Source: Callorhinchus milii (taxonomy: Eukaryota). From it: a stretch of DNA of 64,000 bases. The translations under genes and the position numbers were made by a program. The DNA is taken from assembly GCF_018977255.1 (NCBI RefSeq), contig NW_024704743.1, positions 14,386,001 to 14,450,000 on the forward strand, in the 5' to 3' direction. This document shows positions 63,241 through 64,000 of the stretch, piece by piece. The notes beneath the pieces were generated by a model. The model was not told the origin of the DNA and did no database searches. It saw only the letters and a program-made list of their open reading frames with translations. Each line of letters begins with the position of its first letter. The first letter of the stretch is position 1.

Positions 63241-63489
63241 GTAAGATTATCTAAGTCTTTAACCCAATATACAATCATTGTATTATACAAAAACAATAGT
63301 TTTAGAAACAAAATCTGAATGATAATTGGCAAGTGGTAAAAAATAGACAGATTTCTATAACCATTTATGGTCCAAGAAAAGCCCTTTTAAGAAAAATAAA
63401 TTCATGCTATCACCAAAAAGGATTGAATGAAAAAGGATCTTTCGCCGATTTAATCTTATTCTTTCACAATATCAACCCTACCATCTTCC

Positions 63490-63905
63490 AATTATAGCAT
63501 CAAGCTATTCTTTGAATGAGTCAAAAGTCCTGGACTCTATCACTCTTTCTGATAATCATTCCAGCTATTGATAGCCCTCTGTGTAAAGGAATATGTCCTG
63601 CTGTCTATCCTAAATTTTCTTTTCACAATCTTGAAACCATGACCTGTTGTCCTGTTGTCGTGCCCTATACAAAAGCATTGCTTTGGGTTGATTTCTCTAC
63701 TCCTTTAGTCATCCTGTATTTCTATAAGGACCCCTCAGAAACCTCTTGTCTCATGGCTGAATAGTCCAGGTTCTGCAGTCCTAATACACCAGCCTTTTAA
63801 CACTGGGGACCGTCTTTGTTGCTCTCCTCTGCATTGCCTCTGAGCCCATTATGTTGTGCCAATTAGAACTGCACATGGTTCGCCAGTTGTGCCCTGACCA
63901 GCGGA
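63490..63905 (-). mobile_element. Old CR1 3' portion
   Basis: EAMQRRATKTVPSVKRLVY and following RT C-terminal remnants. Confidence 0.7.
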
Positions 63906-64000
63906 CCATACAGCTTGGTTGGCATTTGTTCAGATCTGATGGATGACCTGTTCTTAGCTCCATACCAATGGAAATTCCATTAGGGCCAACATTGTAATAA

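Overview
Repeat-rich, apparently non-coding vertebrate DNA (intronic or intergenic). The repeat content points to a cartilaginous fish, most likely a holocephalan such as the elephant shark; this is an inference. It is dominated by decayed L2 and CR1 LINEs, a very abundant tRNA-Ala-headed SINE with an L2-type 3' tail, older Deu-domain SINEs, a few MITEs and a ~1 kb unclassified TIR-like family present in four copies. I can support no intact host protein-coding gene, tRNA gene, rRNA or CRISPR array. The longer ORFs in the track are LINE remnants or chance frames in repeats. The most notable sequence-level observations are: (i) a SINE/L2 3'-tail hairpin with a compensatory base-pair change and subfamily-specific loops; (ii) a SINE fused to an inverted L2 fragment inside one target-site duplication; (iii) a SINE that appears to combine tRNA, CORE-like, Deu-like and L2 modules; (iv) a copy-specific template-switch palindrome; (v) a ~290 bp inversion through an L2; (vi) a strong CTCF motif. 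I found no convincing new protein-coding system. Repeat boundaries were set by eye and are approximate (about +/-20 bp) unless a TSD is quoted.
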